DNA of 64,000 bases, from NCBI GenBank assembly GCA_964016885.1, contig OZ024740.1:228036001-228100000 (forward strand), in the 5' to 3' direction. The DNA is from Eledone cirrhosa (taxonomy: Eukaryota). The position numbers and the translations under genes are program-made. The notes under the pieces were generated by a model that saw nothing but the letters and a program-made list of their open reading frames with translations, was not told the origin of the DNA and ran no database searches. Below are positions 1-13,739 of the stretch, piece by piece; position 1 is the stretch's first letter; each line of letters opens with the position of its first letter.

Positions 1-230
1 TCAATGAAGACTATCATTCCCTTCATCAGTATGTTTAAGTCTCTGCTAAAATACATATATATCTCGCGCTGTATTAAAAGCCTAGTTCCTACCTTTTGTG
101 GCAGATATTTATTTAAATATCTCCCATGAGGTGTAAATTATAACGTAATATATAGAAATATATATAGAGATATAGAGAGAAGGGCAAACAGGACAAGGCT
201 TAAGGATTGCTAGAAAGAGATCCAGGTATG

Positions 231-271
231 CAGTCCTGATGAAGGGTAATGACCCAGAAACATGTTGATTG
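231..271 (+). ncRNA. Minimal type I hammerhead ribozyme motif (Penelope-associated type)
   Basis: CAGTC-CTGATGA-AGGGT aatg ACCCA-GAAA-CATGTT-GATTG: core boxes, stem II GGGT/ACCC, palindromic stem III ACATGT, stem I CAGTC/GATTG. Confidence 0.65.
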
Positions 272-694
272 TTCCACAGTGCCAGTGTTGAACGGATGAC
301 GATCAGTCATTGGCACAACACAACTTTACTCGGGCCGTTTGTTTACAAACGAATCGAATATTATTATTAATGTTTGATATAATCCATATGTATATGTATA
401 TATGTAAGGCTCCCAGTCTAAACTGTAAATGTAGTTAGTGTTAGGAAGGGCATCCAGCCATAGAAAACCTGCTAGAGACAGTTCTGTACGAGTGAAACAC
501 CGTCTCCCAACCAATCTCACCTCAAGTGGGACAAAGTCGTCCAACCCATGCTAGCATGGAAAATGGATGTTAAACAATGATGATGATGATGATGATGATG
601 ATGATGTGTGTGTACATATATGTGTGTACGTATGCATACTTACATGTATAATGTTTCACAGTAAAAGCTCAATAAACTTTTGTTTAGAGCATCA

Positions 695-907
695 ATAATA
701 TAAAATAATTTTACACGATATATTGAGATATATCAATTGAGAAACTAACGAGACTAAACAAATAGGCCATTTAAGTATAAATTAATTGTTATGTGAGTAA
801 TGCTTTTATTTAACATCTTAAATTGTATTTGTTTTATATGTATTAAAGCCTTGTTAGTTTCTCAATTGAAATAGCTCAATATATCGTTTAAAAATATTTT
901 ATATTAT
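695..907. repeat. Imperfect inverted repeat, about 60-bp arms
   Basis: tcaattgagaaactaacga (733-751) pairs with ttgttagtttctcaattga (851-869); pairing extends outward through the AT-rich flanks. Confidence 0.7.
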
Positions 908-918
908 ATATCTATCTA

Positions 919-952
<34 letters not shown>

Positions 953-1239
953 ATAATAATACAAGGACAATTTGTTAAGCCTTCATTATGTTTATTGATT
1001 GGTGACACGCGTTTCGCTATTGATCAGCTCAAGGTTCGATCTGGCCCGACTCTAGAATCAAAAGCTCGTTGGACTTCTGCTGTTGTAATGACAGAATTCT
1101 GTCATTACAACAGCAGAGGTCCGACAATGTTACACTGTTTAGCTCTACAACTCACCACTGACGTCAACTTAAACATCGAGTGCTCATCTGGGTGAAGCTA
1201 CAGTAACTTCACGTTACACTCCTGGATATATATATATAT

Positions 1240-3475
1240 CATCAACACAAGAGAGGTAACACCAGAAGAGCATCAGGAAAGGGGAAAAACCCTCAACTCA
1301 CATATGATGATGTGGACTAGCATAATGCAGACTAATAAACGGACTGCCAACAACTTCCAGGCCTGGAACAACAATGTACCAACGCTGTACGGGCTTCGCA
1401 AAGACCACAAAGCAAATAGTGACCCAGTCACAGGACCACCAACACGGCCAGTCTGTGAAGCTAACATTGCTAGCAACTACAGACTCTCCTATTTCCTCTC
1501 CCTGATCATACGCCCTATCATCGAAATGTCCCCAGATATATGCGACAGCACGGAGGACCTCCTCAGCAGAATCAACGAATGCAACTTGTCTAGGTACCTA
1601 ACAGGCTGTACAATGGGTATCATGGATGTAGTGTCCCTATATCCATCCATTGACGTTGATTTTGCTGTGGAAAAATTCATAGAAATGATTGGCGAGAGTG
1701 AGGTGGAATTCCGTGGGATTGATACCAGTGAGCTGGGACTCCTACTTAAACTGACATACAAGAAGGATTATTTAGACACACATGACCTCAGCAGCCTCTG
1801 CCCCACAAGGCCAGAAAGAGGCAGATCACCTACCATTACCTTAATGGCCAAGAAGACCCACACAGAAAGATGGAGCGGTGGACTAGAGTTATACAGACGC
1901 CTGAAAACCACGATGAATTAAATTTTAAAGAAAATGATCGCACATGCTGTGGGAGCCAGTATAAAACTAACCTTTAAGGAACATGTGTTAAAATTTAATG
2001 TCAAAACATATGCCCAAGAGGAGGGGGGCAACCATTGGCGTTAGCATTACAGGTGACATAGCTAACCTCTTTATGGTATGGTGGGACAGAAGACTTAAGG
2101 AACAACTAGACGACAATTTTATAACCCTGACTATGTACTCCCACTATGTAGATGACATAAATATCGTAGGAAAACCACCCCCACAAGAGAACAGTCAGGA
2201 ATTAGAGAACACCATGGAAAGCATCCAGTAAATAGCTAACTCCTTCCACCTGAGTATTAAAGTTACTATAGACTACCCAACTAAACACCCCAACCATAGA
2301 TTACCCGTACCAGACACAGAACTCTGGTTGGAAACTAGCAATAGAACGCAAATCCTCCATTCTCATTATGCCAAACCCATGACCTACAAATACCTGATCC
2401 ACCGAAACTCAGCTGTTTCGGATCACATAAAAATCAACATACTGATTGCGGACTTAGTAAGAGTGATGAGAAAAGTGTCCTGCATGTGCAACCCCAACGA
2501 ATTAGAGAGACACATACAACACTTCATCTACCACTTGCAGTTCTCTCGCTACAATCAGAGAGACAAGATCAGGGTATATAAAGGAGCCAGAACCAAATAG
2601 GCAAAGATTGTAGAAAATGATGAAAATGGAACTTGCCCCGTGAATAGGAGCCAATTTTAGGACAGAATAGAAAGGATTAGGAATAAAGCAAATAAAATAA
2701 ACTCATGGTATGATAGCAATAAATAACAGAGTGTAATGTTTGTCAATACAACCCCTAGAGGCGAACTAGCTTACAGATTTAGAAAGGCCCTAGACAAGCT
2801 TAAATTAAATATTAAGATAGTTGAAAGACCAGGTATTCCCATTAAAAATCCTAATTAGTAAAACACCCATTTCAAAGATATGTGCTGATAGGAAATGCAT
2901 AGTCTGCAAGCTAAGCCCGCAAACTAATTGCAAAACTAGGAACGTAGTATACAGCATAAGATGTACTGAGAGACAGTGTAGGAATAAGAATATAAGGATA
3001 AGTGAACACTAGAGAGAACTCCAAGATGGGAAAAACTCATCAGTACTTCACCAACATGCCAAAATAGAACATAGAGATAAAAATTATATCCACACACAGA
3101 AAAGATGCAATGCTCAGACAAATCACAGAGGCGACAAACATAAACAAACACCAACCAAAATTAAACAGAAAACATGAGTGGAATAGCAACATCACAACTA
3201 GTAAGGACAACATGAAGACATACAAACTCACACAAAAACTAAACTAACAAAACAAATCAGACACACACAGATAGAACAAACAACCAACTAGTGACAAGTA
3301 AATAAACACATAAATAAATAAAAACACACGCACACATCCAGATGCAATGCATGCACAAACTAAGCACAAAACACACAAAAACAAGATGGTGTAGGACAGA
3401 ACAAAGGAGAGACACAAAATAAAAACCTAGTCTCTGAAGAGGTCACAGAATGTGTGGCGAAAGAACTTCAGCAAT
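1240..3475 (+). mobile_element. Degenerate Penelope-like retroelement (Neptune-like), RT + Cys linker + GIY-YIG
   Basis: Fragmented ORFs 1304-1921, 1998-2231, 2328-2600, 2821-3012: PTLYGLRKDHK, TRPVC, MDVVSLYPSI, GATIGVSITGDIANLFMVWWD, YVDD, CxxxxCxxC-NCKTRNVVYSIRC; hammerhead-like motif at 3434-3462. Confidence 0.88.
3428..3472 (+). ncRNA. Hammerhead-like motif at the 3' end of the Penelope element
   Basis: CTGAAGA-GGTCACA gaatg TGTGGC-GAAA; stems I and III degenerate. Confidence 0.5.
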
Positions 3476-3589
3476 ATATAGACAGCCATCTGGTTATTGA
3501 ACCAATCAACCGGAAATTTATAAATTGAAGTGAAAACCAACAGGTGCGTGTGTTTTTATTGGCAGCATGACCCTCCCAAAGTATGAATA

Positions 3590-3890
3590 GAGTCATTAGA
3601 ACATTGAATAGAATGCTTGGCGGTATTTGTTCCAGCTCTCTTCTCTCTGAGTTCAAATCCCACCGAGGTTAACTTTGCTTTTCATCCTTTTGAAGTCGAT
3701 AAAAAGTACCAGTTTAGTACTGGGGTAGATTCTTCCTCTACATCTCTTTCTTACTTTCTATCCCTTTCTGGAAGAAATCTACTGTGTTCAGGCCTGAAGA
3801 GAGATGGGCTCCACCAGGCTTAAAATGCCCAAGAAATGCTGAATGCCACTATGATGCCCCTACAACTCTCTCAGGTGCTACAGGACTATC
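3590..3890 (+). mobile_element. tRNA-derived SINE, variant-tail subfamily
   Basis: gagttcaaatcccaccgaggttaactttgcttttcatcctt core; similar copies at 23995-24205, 25660-25930(-), 52295-52620, 63470-63780. Confidence 0.75.
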
Positions 3891-4394
3891 ACATCACATA
3901 GAAAGCCATTACCAAGCCATCCACCTTCCAAAGTGTTCCTTCTTTCTGTGATTTTCAGAGCTTTTGGGTTGCCATGATTAAAGGGAGATCAGGTAGGATT
4001 GTATTTTTGTATTTATCATTTCGCTGTGTCTACAAAGTCATTACTCCCTTTGAAATCCTAACATTAACATTTCACCTTGTCTAATATACGTACTCGTGTC
4101 GGTTTATTTTGCCCTGAGATGCTATAGGCCATGATGGCTACCTATCTCACAATTTCCCTCCCGCCCACCCCCATAGCCTATTTGACCAATCAAACCTCAG
4201 CATGTCCCCCCCCCCCATTACCAACCCCAACAAACTCTGCCATTACTACTACTACTACCTACCTCTCTCCTCACTCGTCCCAGCCCCAACAAACCCTGCC
4301 ATTATTACCACCACCACTGTTCTTCTAGCCCTGAATTCTCCTACTGTTATGTATGGATGAGCTGAGAATAAATGGAGCAACCCCGAATTAATAA

Positions 4395-7300
4395 ATGAAA
4401 ATGAATATGAATCCACGAGCTACCAAGCACCCATGCAAAGCTTCAATTCAGAGACAGGAAGCATACACACACCCCTGTAAAAATCTACCCTTTCCCACGA
4501 ATGTTGACAAATGCCCAAAACTGCGAGTTGGAACCATCAAAGTAAGCACATTGAAAGGAAGAGCAGGAGAGATCGCAGAGATGCTAGAGCAAAAGGAAAT
4601 TGATGTATGCTGTGTGCAAGAGACTAGATGGAGAGGAGAGTCTGCTAGAGTCCTTGTAGGAAAAAGTCAGTGTTACAAATTTTTCTGGGTGGGAAATAAC
4701 GATGGGATGGGTCGTGTAGGTATCCTACTAGCTGACAAGTGGGTAGATAAGGTAATCTCAGTGAACAGGGTGAATGCAAGAATCATTAAACTCAGACTAG
4801 TCCTGAATAAAACAATTACCACAATTATATCAGCTTACGCACCCCAATCAGGGTTGCCAGACGAACTTAAGGATAGGTTTTATGAGTCCCTAATGCACAC
4901 TACTGCTCTAACAAACGACAATAACTTCCTAATCATTGCAGGAGATTTTAATGGACACGTAGGTAAACACTGTGACGGCTTCTATAGAGTCCATAGGGTT
5001 GGCACAAGAAATGAAGAAGGCTTCAGGCTTCTAGAATTCTACGACGCCAATGACATGTCGATGTGTAACACAAACTTCAAAAAACCCGACAACCATCTGA
5101 TCATCTATAGATCAGGGGAGCATTCTAGTCAGATAGATTTTATCCTCATCAGAGGACTTGACAGATGGACGGTCGTAAACACAAAAGCCTTCCCTAGTGA
5201 GGAATGTACCTCCCAACATAGCTTAGTTGTCAGCGACCTCACGGTCAGAACTAGACGAACCTGGAAACAGAAGCCAACCTGGAGAGAAAGATCTTGAAGT
5301 TGAAAGACCCCTCAGCCAGTAACAGATTTAAAGATATTTTACTCAATGCCTATGACAGTAAAGAAGAACAGATAGAGACATTCAATGTAGAAGAGCACTG
5401 GGAGTTTCTAAAAAATAACTTACTAAAGGCGACGGATGAGATCTGTGGCTGGAATAAGACCACAGGCAGGAGGAGAGTGACTTGGTGGTGGAACAATAAG
5501 GTAGATGAGGCAGTTAAGGCCAAGAGACAGGCATGGAAAGAATGGAAGAACGGGGGAAGCAGGGTACATTACATAGAGACCAGGAGGGAAGCTAGGCGAC
5601 AAGTATACTTAGCTAGGAGGGAAGCAGAGGATAGAAAATTCAAGCATGTTTTGCAACGTGAGGACCAACAACAGGTGTTCAAGATTGCGAGGCAGTGTGT
5701 CAGAGAGAATTGTGATGTCATTGGAGAGAAGTGTATCTGGAATGATAAAGGTGAGCTTGCCCTCACAAGTGCTGAGAAGAAAGATGCGTGGAAGAGCCAT
5801 TATGATAGATTACTAAATGAGGAGAATGCATGGGAAGAAGAGACCCTACCCCAAGTAGACCCTATAGAGGGGCCAACAGTACAAGTCAGCAGCGTAGTAA
5901 GTAAGGCTATCAAAGATATGAAGACGGGGAAGGCAACCGGCCCATTGGGTATAGCTGCCGAGATGCTAAAGGCATCTGAATCGGTAGGTCACACCATAAC
6001 CACACATATTGTTAACCAGGTAATACTAGGTGTCATACCAAAGGATTGGTGCAGTAGGTGATGCACTAGATAGAGGAAACTATAGAGGTATAAAGCTGAT
6101 GGACCAGATCATGAAAGTAACAGAAAGAGTTGATTAAGGACTGGGTGAAACTAGATGAGATGCAATTTGGGTTTGTGCCAGGAAGAGGCACCACTGATGC
6201 CCTCTTCCTTGTGAAGCAGTTACAGGAAAAGTACCTAGCTAAAAGTAAGCCGCTCTACCTGGCATTCGTCGATCTCGAGAAACCCTTTGACAGAGTTCCC
6301 CGTGCTATAATCTGGTGGGCTCTTAGAAAACTAGGAGTAGATGAATGGCTTGTGAAAGCTGTACAAGCCATGTATAGGGGAGCACTCAGCAAAGTTAGGA
6401 TTAGCAATGTCTATAGCGAGGAATTTAGCGTACAGGTCGGTGTCCACCAGAGCTCTGTTCTTAGCCCTCTCCTGTTCATCATAGTTCTGCAGGCAATAAT
6501 GGAGGAGTTTAAGACCGGATGCCCATGGGAACTCCTGTATGTAGATGATGTTGCACTTATAGCTGAATCTATGGTAGAACTAGAGAAGAAATTCCAAACT
6601 TGGAAGCAGGGACTAGAAAGAAAGGGTCTCAAAGTCAACCTGACAAAGACTAAGGTCCTTATAAGTAGACGAGAAAACAGAACCCAGATCCCCTCAGGGA
6701 AATGGCCTTGCTCAGTATATAGGAACTCCATTCTCTACCCCAAATGCAAACAATGGGTACACAAGAGATGTAGCGGGATCTCAGGAAGCTTAACTAAGAA
6801 TGTAGGCTTCACATGTAGCAGCTGTGCTGGGACAGCAAGCAGCAAACAGCCACAGGAAACAAGTACCACCAAACTCTGGGAAGGCTCTGTAGAAACAGTA
6901 GACAGCTTCTGCTACCTAGGTGACCGAATTAACAGCGGAGGTGGGTGTTCGGAAAGTACAATAACTAGGGTAAGAACGGGATGGAAGAAGTTCAGGGAGC
7001 TACTGCCACTGCTAGCTGCAAAAGGCTTTTCCCTCAAAATGAAAGGCAGACTGTATGATGCATGTATACGAACAGCAATGTTACATGGTAGTGAGACCTG
7101 GGCGCTGTCTGTGGAAGACTTGCGTAGATTAGAAAGAAACGAAGTCTGCATGCTCTGATGGATGTGTAATAGTAATATACGCGAACAGCAAAGCATAAAC
7201 GAATTGAGAGAGAGACTGAGCATAAGAGGAATCAAATGCTGTGTGCAGGAGAGGCGGTTGTGTTGGTATGGACATGTGATGCGTATGAAGGATGACAGCT

Positions 7301-7751
7301 GCATAAAAAGGTGCAGAGCACTAGAAGTCGATGGAAACCGCGGAGTGGGGAGACCCAAGAAGACCTGGGATGAGGTGATAAAAGCCGACTATACCCAATT
7401 ACACCTCTCAAAGGCGATGACACAACCGTGACCTCTGGCGTCACACAGTAATACAGAAGACCCAAACCCCCACGGGTACAAGCCGAAGCTGAAGCATATA
7501 GACAATATGCCCCCACACCCTCCCACTGCAAAAAAGCACCCAGCCCACACTGTAAAGTGGACGTGGAGGCACCACGGAAAAAAGCACCCACCACTCACTG
7601 TAAATGAGATTGGTGTTAGGAAGGGCATCCAACCTGAATCAGTTCCCGTATGAGCAAGGCATGGTCAGCCGACTGGACACTACCCACAACAGGACAACCC
7701 GTCTAACCCATGCTAGCGTGGAAGAACGGACGTAAAACAGTGATGATGATG
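4395..7751 (+). mobile_element. RTE-clade LINE, near full length, frameshifted (APE endonuclease + RT)
   Basis: ORFs 4395-5297 (CVQETRW, SAYAPQ, GDFNGHVG, SQIDFIL), 5294-6061, 6130-7158 (QFGF, FVDLEK, LSPLLF, YVDD, YLG), 7162-7431 (WYGHVMRM..GRPKKTW); 3' end aacccatgctagcgtggaa..(GAT)n. Confidence 0.93.
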
Positions 7752-8204
7752 CTCTCAGAGCGAGCAATAGAGTCATTAAGATTAGGTTGGTCCTAAATTG
7801 AATGACTTGACTGACAATTATTTCTGCATATGCGCTGGTCGGAGGTGGTGAGAGCTGATTTCAAATTGTTGAAGCTCAGAGAGGAGATGAAGGAACATGA
7901 CAAGTGGAAAGACTGCCATGGTTCTATAAAATAAAATTGTCCTATCAAAAAGTGATCATCATCATCATTTTTATGTTTCTCTATGGACATGAGATACGTA
8001 TGGAAGATGATTTTTGGGTGAAGAATAGCCAAGAAATCCCAGTGGAAGGAAGGCATGAGCAGAGGTTGTGAACACAAATTGTTGAAGCCCACAGTAGAGA
8101 TGACAAAGGACTATATGATAAGTGGTGAGATGCTGTGTTGAAAAGGACCTGTCAACCTATGAGAACATGGAACCATGGATGTAAAATGATAATGATGATG
8201 ATGA

Positions 8205-11135
8205 TGCACCACAATCAGGACTGGCAGTTGAACTGAAAGACCATTTTTATGAGTCCTTTATGAAGCCTACCTTTCTAATGAGTAACGGTGACTTCATAAT
8301 TGTAGTTAACAATTTTATTGGATATGTCAGGCAACACTGTACAGGATGACCCAAAAGTTCTAATACAAAGGTTAAACAATGTATTTCAGCCAAATCTGAA
8401 CCAATTTACTTGAAAACCTGCACACTAGTTTTTAAGATTTTCAGCAATGTTAGAGCAAAACATTATTCAATAAATCCACCTCGTTTCTTTATTACAGCCT
8501 TAAGTCTACCAGACACTGTTTCAACAGTACGCAAGACATCTAGTGGTATTTTATCCTATTCATGCTGCAGAGACCTCTTCAAAGCTGCTACTGAACAATG
8601 AGATTTAACATAAACATTGGTCTCCAAGATGGACCAAATGCTAAAGTCCATTGGGTTGAGGTCTGGGCTTCAGGGAGGCCATTCTTCCTTGGACAAGAAA
8701 TCTGGGACATTGTCGCGAAGCCACTTCTGAGTCCTGTTGGCAGGTGTTCCATCCTGCTGGAAGAGAAGGGGACACCATTGGACAATTCTTGGCTCAAATG
8801 TTTCACCACAGACTCAAGAATGAGTTCTTTATAGCTTGCAGCCTTGATTTTGACTCCTTCAGGAACAAAAACAAGAGGAGTTTTCCCCATCAAAGACACT
8901 CCAGCGCAAACCATCACAGATAAATGTTTTTGGCATCCTCTGGACCTGACTGAGTATTTTCTGCATTTTGGCTGTTGTGAGCTTCTTCAACAGTGAACAC
9001 AGTGAACAACTTCTTGTCTATGAAGAGCACATTGTCCAAGCCGTGAGTATCGAGCTGATGAAGCAGTGCACGACTTCTTATGAGTCTCTTTCCCTTTGAA
9101 GCAGTTGTTAAGTTGTGAACTTTTCGGCGTTTCAATGAAGCAAGTTGCTTCAAAGATTCTCTTGAAACTCCCAGCTCAGCAGCCATCGTTCTCATGGAAC
9201 GCCTTGGATTTCTGTGAACTCTGGAACTGATTTTCTTGAGCCTGTAAGTCCTGACTGACTTGGGATGTCCTGTTCTCGCTTGATCTTGAACTCCTCCAGT
9301 GTCCCTAAATCGATTGATAGTTTAATAGATGAACATTTGCTTCGTTTTTGGCCAATTGAGAAGATTCAAAATTTCTGATGGCGACTTGCCAGCTTGATGT
9401 AGCTCAACTGCAGATCATTTACATTCCATTCTAATTTTGGACAAAACTTTATCTCTTGGTTTAAAGATGAGTTCAGAACTTGAAAACAGACAAAAACAAT
9501 CTTTAAAACAATATAAAATAAACATAAAAATGCCACTTTTTTATGTTAAACTAAGAATTTCAAAAAATGTCACCTGTAATAGGTTCAATGGTGATTTGGG
9601 GTTCAGTACAAGAAATGAGAAGGGATCATGGCTACTGGAATTCTGTGATGTTAACGATCTTTTGCAACAATAAATTCTGAAAACCAGCTAGCCAGCCACT
9701 TGATTACCTATATGTCAAGCAACCACACAAGCCAGATAAATATTCTTACCAGAAGTCTAGACAGACTGATAGTTACAAACACAAAGTCACTCCCTGGTGA
9801 GGAGTGCACCTCCCAACATAATCTAGTAATTAGTGACTTTTGAGTTAGAACTAGATGAACTTGGAGATAGATGGCAATTTGGAGAAGGACATGGAAGCTG
9901 AGGGAGCCGCCCTCGGATGGTTTCACATTCAGGGATGCACTGCTTGATGCTAATGACAGTAAGGAAAAAGGAATAAGAAGCTTACAACATAGAAGTAGAA
10001 CGGGGATTCCCGAAAGATAACCTGCTGGAATAGTAGGGTAGATTAGTCAAATTAAAAGACAGGTATGGAAAGACTGGCAGGATGGAGAGATGTCAGGCAC
10101 CAAGTACACTCTGCAAGGAAAGAAATGCAAAGCAAGAAGTTTGCACATGCCCTAAACTGTACGGATTAAAGGCATGAGGTGTTCTCAATTGCAAGGCAGT
10201 GTGTTAGGGAGAATCAAGATAGCATTGGGAAGAATCATGTCTGAAATGACAGTGGTGCACATGCCCTCACTGATGTAGAACAAGCATGGAAGGGTCACTA
10301 TGAGAGACTGTTGAATGAAGAAAATACATGGCAGAGGAAAGGCCTACCCAGGCAGACCTAACAAAGGGAACAACAATCAAAGTTTGGAGCATGGACCAAC
10401 AATCAAAGTTTGTTGCTGGGATGGTAGGCCACACTTTAACCATGTGTAGTAAATTGGTAATATAGGATGGTGTCATATCCAATGACTGGTGTAGCAGCAT
10501 CATTGTTAACTGTTACAAGGGCAAGGGAGATGCACTAGATAGGGAACATTATAAAGATATTTTATTGACCAGATCATGAAAGAGTTATAGCACAACTGAT
10601 AAAATTAGCCTAGAAGAAATGCAGCTCAGCTTTGTGCCAGGTAGAAATACCACTGATGTCCTCTTCCTTGTGAGACAACTGCAAGAGAAGTACTTAGCTA
10701 AGAGTAAGCCCCTGTACTTTGCATTTGTTGACTTGGGAAAGCTTTTGAAAGAGTACCTCCTTCTATAATCTGATGGGCTCTTAGGAAACTAGGGTTAGAT
10801 GAGAGCTGTACAAGTCATGTACAGAGGTGCAGTTAACAAGATTTAGAGGGGCCCAATTTGTAGATCTCCTTGTGGTGGGCACTTGAAATTGGTCACTGAT
10901 AACTGATATCTGATATTGATCAGATGAACAACAACCAGAGACCAATTCATATGAAAGAAGAGAAGCAAGGTTAGATTTAACAATGAGCATAGTGATGAGT
11001 TTAACATGCTTCCTTCTGTTTATTATAGTCCAGAAGGCCATAACAGAGGAGTTTAAGACTGGTTATCCATGGGAATTTCTATATGTAACTGAATCTGCAG
11101 AGGAACTAGAGAAATTTCAGACTTGAAAATATAAT
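8205..11135 (+). mobile_element. Older degenerate RTE LINE interrupted by a mariner-like insertion
   Basis: Homology to the 4395-7751 element on both sides of 8342-9576 (..GYVRQHC | NRFNGDLGFSTRNEKGSWLLEFCD; RQLQEKYLAKSKPLYFAFVDLGK). Confidence 0.85.
8342..9576 (-). mobile_element. Tc1/mariner transposon (maT-like), defective, TA target duplication
   Basis: TA|CAGG...CCTG|TA; ORF pieces 8914-9195 and 8588-8917 (VLFIDKKLFTV, MVCAGVSLMGKTPLVFVPEGVKI), plus QQDG and SPDLNPMDF in a shifted frame. Confidence 0.88.
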
Positions 11136-11280
11136 CTGGTCAGGTGTGACATATAGTTGCATGAATGCTAGCAGGGAAAAACAGATGTTAAATGCTGCTG
11201 CTGATTTATTAGAATACATTTGAAAAGACATACCTGTAGTTTAAAAAGTAGCTTTGTTTGAATTTCTCCTGCTCTTTGCT

Positions 11281-11784
11281 TCAGATAGATTTCTCTCTTA
11301 TAGGAGTCCAGCAGAAATCAGTAAGTATACTGGAGTTCCAATTGCCTTGGTAATGCTTTTCCATTGTAAAGATATTCTGATGAAAATCTTTACTATGTTT
11401 GACACTTACGCTTAAAAAAAGTCCACATGAGAGTCCCCCCAAAAAACCCAAACATTTAATGACAACCCATTGCTTGGTAAGACTTAATGTCACATATATT
11501 GCAGGATAGGTTTTTCAGTCATGTGATTTCCTAAAAGGTTTGCACATACATTTTTGAAACTTTGCCATAGCTTTCTCAACTTTTTATAGTTACACATATC
11601 ACACAACATACGTACACGAGAAGGCAAACTCTTGTCACAATCACCCATTGTACATCTGAGATGAAATTCACAGCAGTTTTTTTTCTTTTACTATTGGTGT
11701 AAAGTTATGTTCCTGAGATTTTAAAGTTTGGTTGTCACATAGATAGCAGAAGAAATTAAGGTGATCCAGAGTGTCCCATGGCAT
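11281..11784 (-). mobile_element. Internally deleted Chapaev3-like (CMC) transposase relic
   Basis: Frameshifted peptides FFCYLCDNQTLKSQEHNFTPIVK, MGDCDKS, FKNVCANLLGNH, SYQAMGC, DSHVDFF, FHQNIFTMEKHYQGNWNSSILTDFCW resemble my recollection of Chapaev3 transposases. Confidence 0.6.
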
Positions 11785-12194
11785 GACAAAGCAATTACAT
11801 GAACACAACACTGGTGTAAAATCAACTAGGAGCAACACACAATAGCTGTTATAACTGTGGCATTTACAAGCAGACTGACATGGAGTTGCTCAACACAGAC
11901 ACACTAGGCTCACACCTGAACAGGTTGAAATAATGCTTCAACTTGGACAGTCTGCTGCCATGATTAAATATATCTCATCAATTTATTTCCTCTAAAGGAA
12001 TAAATTGTATGAATTTTACATGCCAGATTAGAAATATACATTTTGTTAGCAGTGAGACAGGCTCACTCGATTATACGTTCAAACCATATCTCATTGAGTA
12101 ATTGTGAGCAATCAGGATTATAGTGAATATATTTCCTATAACCTCATCACAACATATATATTAAAACTTTCAGTTACAGATATATTAATCACTA

Positions 12195-12790
12195 TCATCA
12201 TCATATTCATTGTTATGGCTGCCTTTCTATGCTTGCATGGGACAGACTAATCTTCTCCGACACAACCTCCCTGCATCTGTTGTTTCTTTATCATATCCTC
12301 TGTGGGAGTCAGCCTCTTGAGATCATCTCTCACCAATTCTGCCCAGGTTTTCTTTGGTCTTCCTCTTCCGTAGCCACCTTCCAGTGGGAACTCTTGACAC
12401 TTATTCATCCAATGATCACCATCTGTATGTTTCGTGTGTCCTAATCAATGTTATCTTCTCTCTTGCACGCTGCATCTGATTATTTTTATGCCCAGTTTTT
12501 CCCATCAATGCATCTGTTTTGTTGTTCATGCACACTAATGTTACACATCCAGTAGAGCATGCTAGCCTAATTTCTGTCTATCCTTTACATTCAATACCTG
12601 TCTCACTACCATACAACATTGCATTTTGTATATATGCATCATACAATCTACTCTTCACTTGGAAAGAATCCTTTTGTTGCCAGCAGAGGTAGTAAGCTCT
12701 TTGAACTTTTTTCCTGCTAATCTTATCCGTGTTACTGTTTTCAAAGCATTATTCTCCACTGTTAATTAGGTGACTTAATTAGCAGTGGGA
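12195..12790 (-). mobile_element. RTE LINE 3' fragment
   Basis: (ATC)n tail at 12195 and degenerate homology to the 3' end of the 4395-7751 element. Confidence 0.65.
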
Positions 12791-13739
12791 GAGGGTGATT
12801 ATTAAAAAATAATACAATATTATAGTATCACAAGAAAACTAAAGCCTGATTAAAGATATTTGATTTCATATTTTGATTAGCATACAAAAGTATATTTAGA
12901 ACAACTGTTAAAACACAGAAATTCATTGTTTAAACTTTTAATCTGTACAATATAATATATATATACACACAAGCAAATACGTACATCATCATCATGATTG
13001 CCATCACTGATGCCAATCATTTATCTTTAAGTATTGACCTCTGATTTTTATGTAAGCTATAAAGAAATGTTACCATTTGTTTAAATGGTGTAAATGTGAA
13101 TATGCATGGAGAGTCACACACACACATAGATATATGCATGTGTATATATATAATCTTTGTTGCTATCCAATTCTATTGTTCATTATATTCAGCAGGTCAG
13201 AGGGATTGAGGTTTATGTCATCATCTACATGACCAGCTTACAGGATGGACTGGATGCTCTTTTTTATGGTGTCACCAATGCGACCACCTTCCATGATGGA
13301 CTGGGTACTTTTGTTGTTGCACTTACTGCTTTTTTTTTTATTGCAACAACATTGTGGGAGATCAGATGTAGGGCATGTCTAGTTTGCATGCAAGGGTTAA
13401 GCAGGAGAGGTGTATCAGGGGTGAGGATTTGGAAGGAGGAATAAGCAAGCAAGTTTGATATGGATGAGGTGCATGGGATATTTAGCTGGTGTGGTATTAA
13501 GACTGGGGAGGGTGAAGAAACAATTGGTGCATGTATGTGTGTGTGTATACACACACACACACATATATGATGGGGTTTGTACAGCCTTTACTAAATTCAC
13601 TCCTCAAAAAGTATTGGTCAACCTGAGGCTACAGTCTCATGCAGTGAGACATGAGACAGAACTTGTAGTGTGAAGCAAACTTCTAAAACACTACTGTTTG
13701 CAACAATAACTGTATAGTAATGTAACTATATTTTAAGGT

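Noticed and set aside
11234-11377. Further exon of the TIN2-like gene (AG..GT bounded)
   Set aside because: The sequence is the C-terminus of a Chapaev3-like transposase relic and contains stops; exonisation is unsupported
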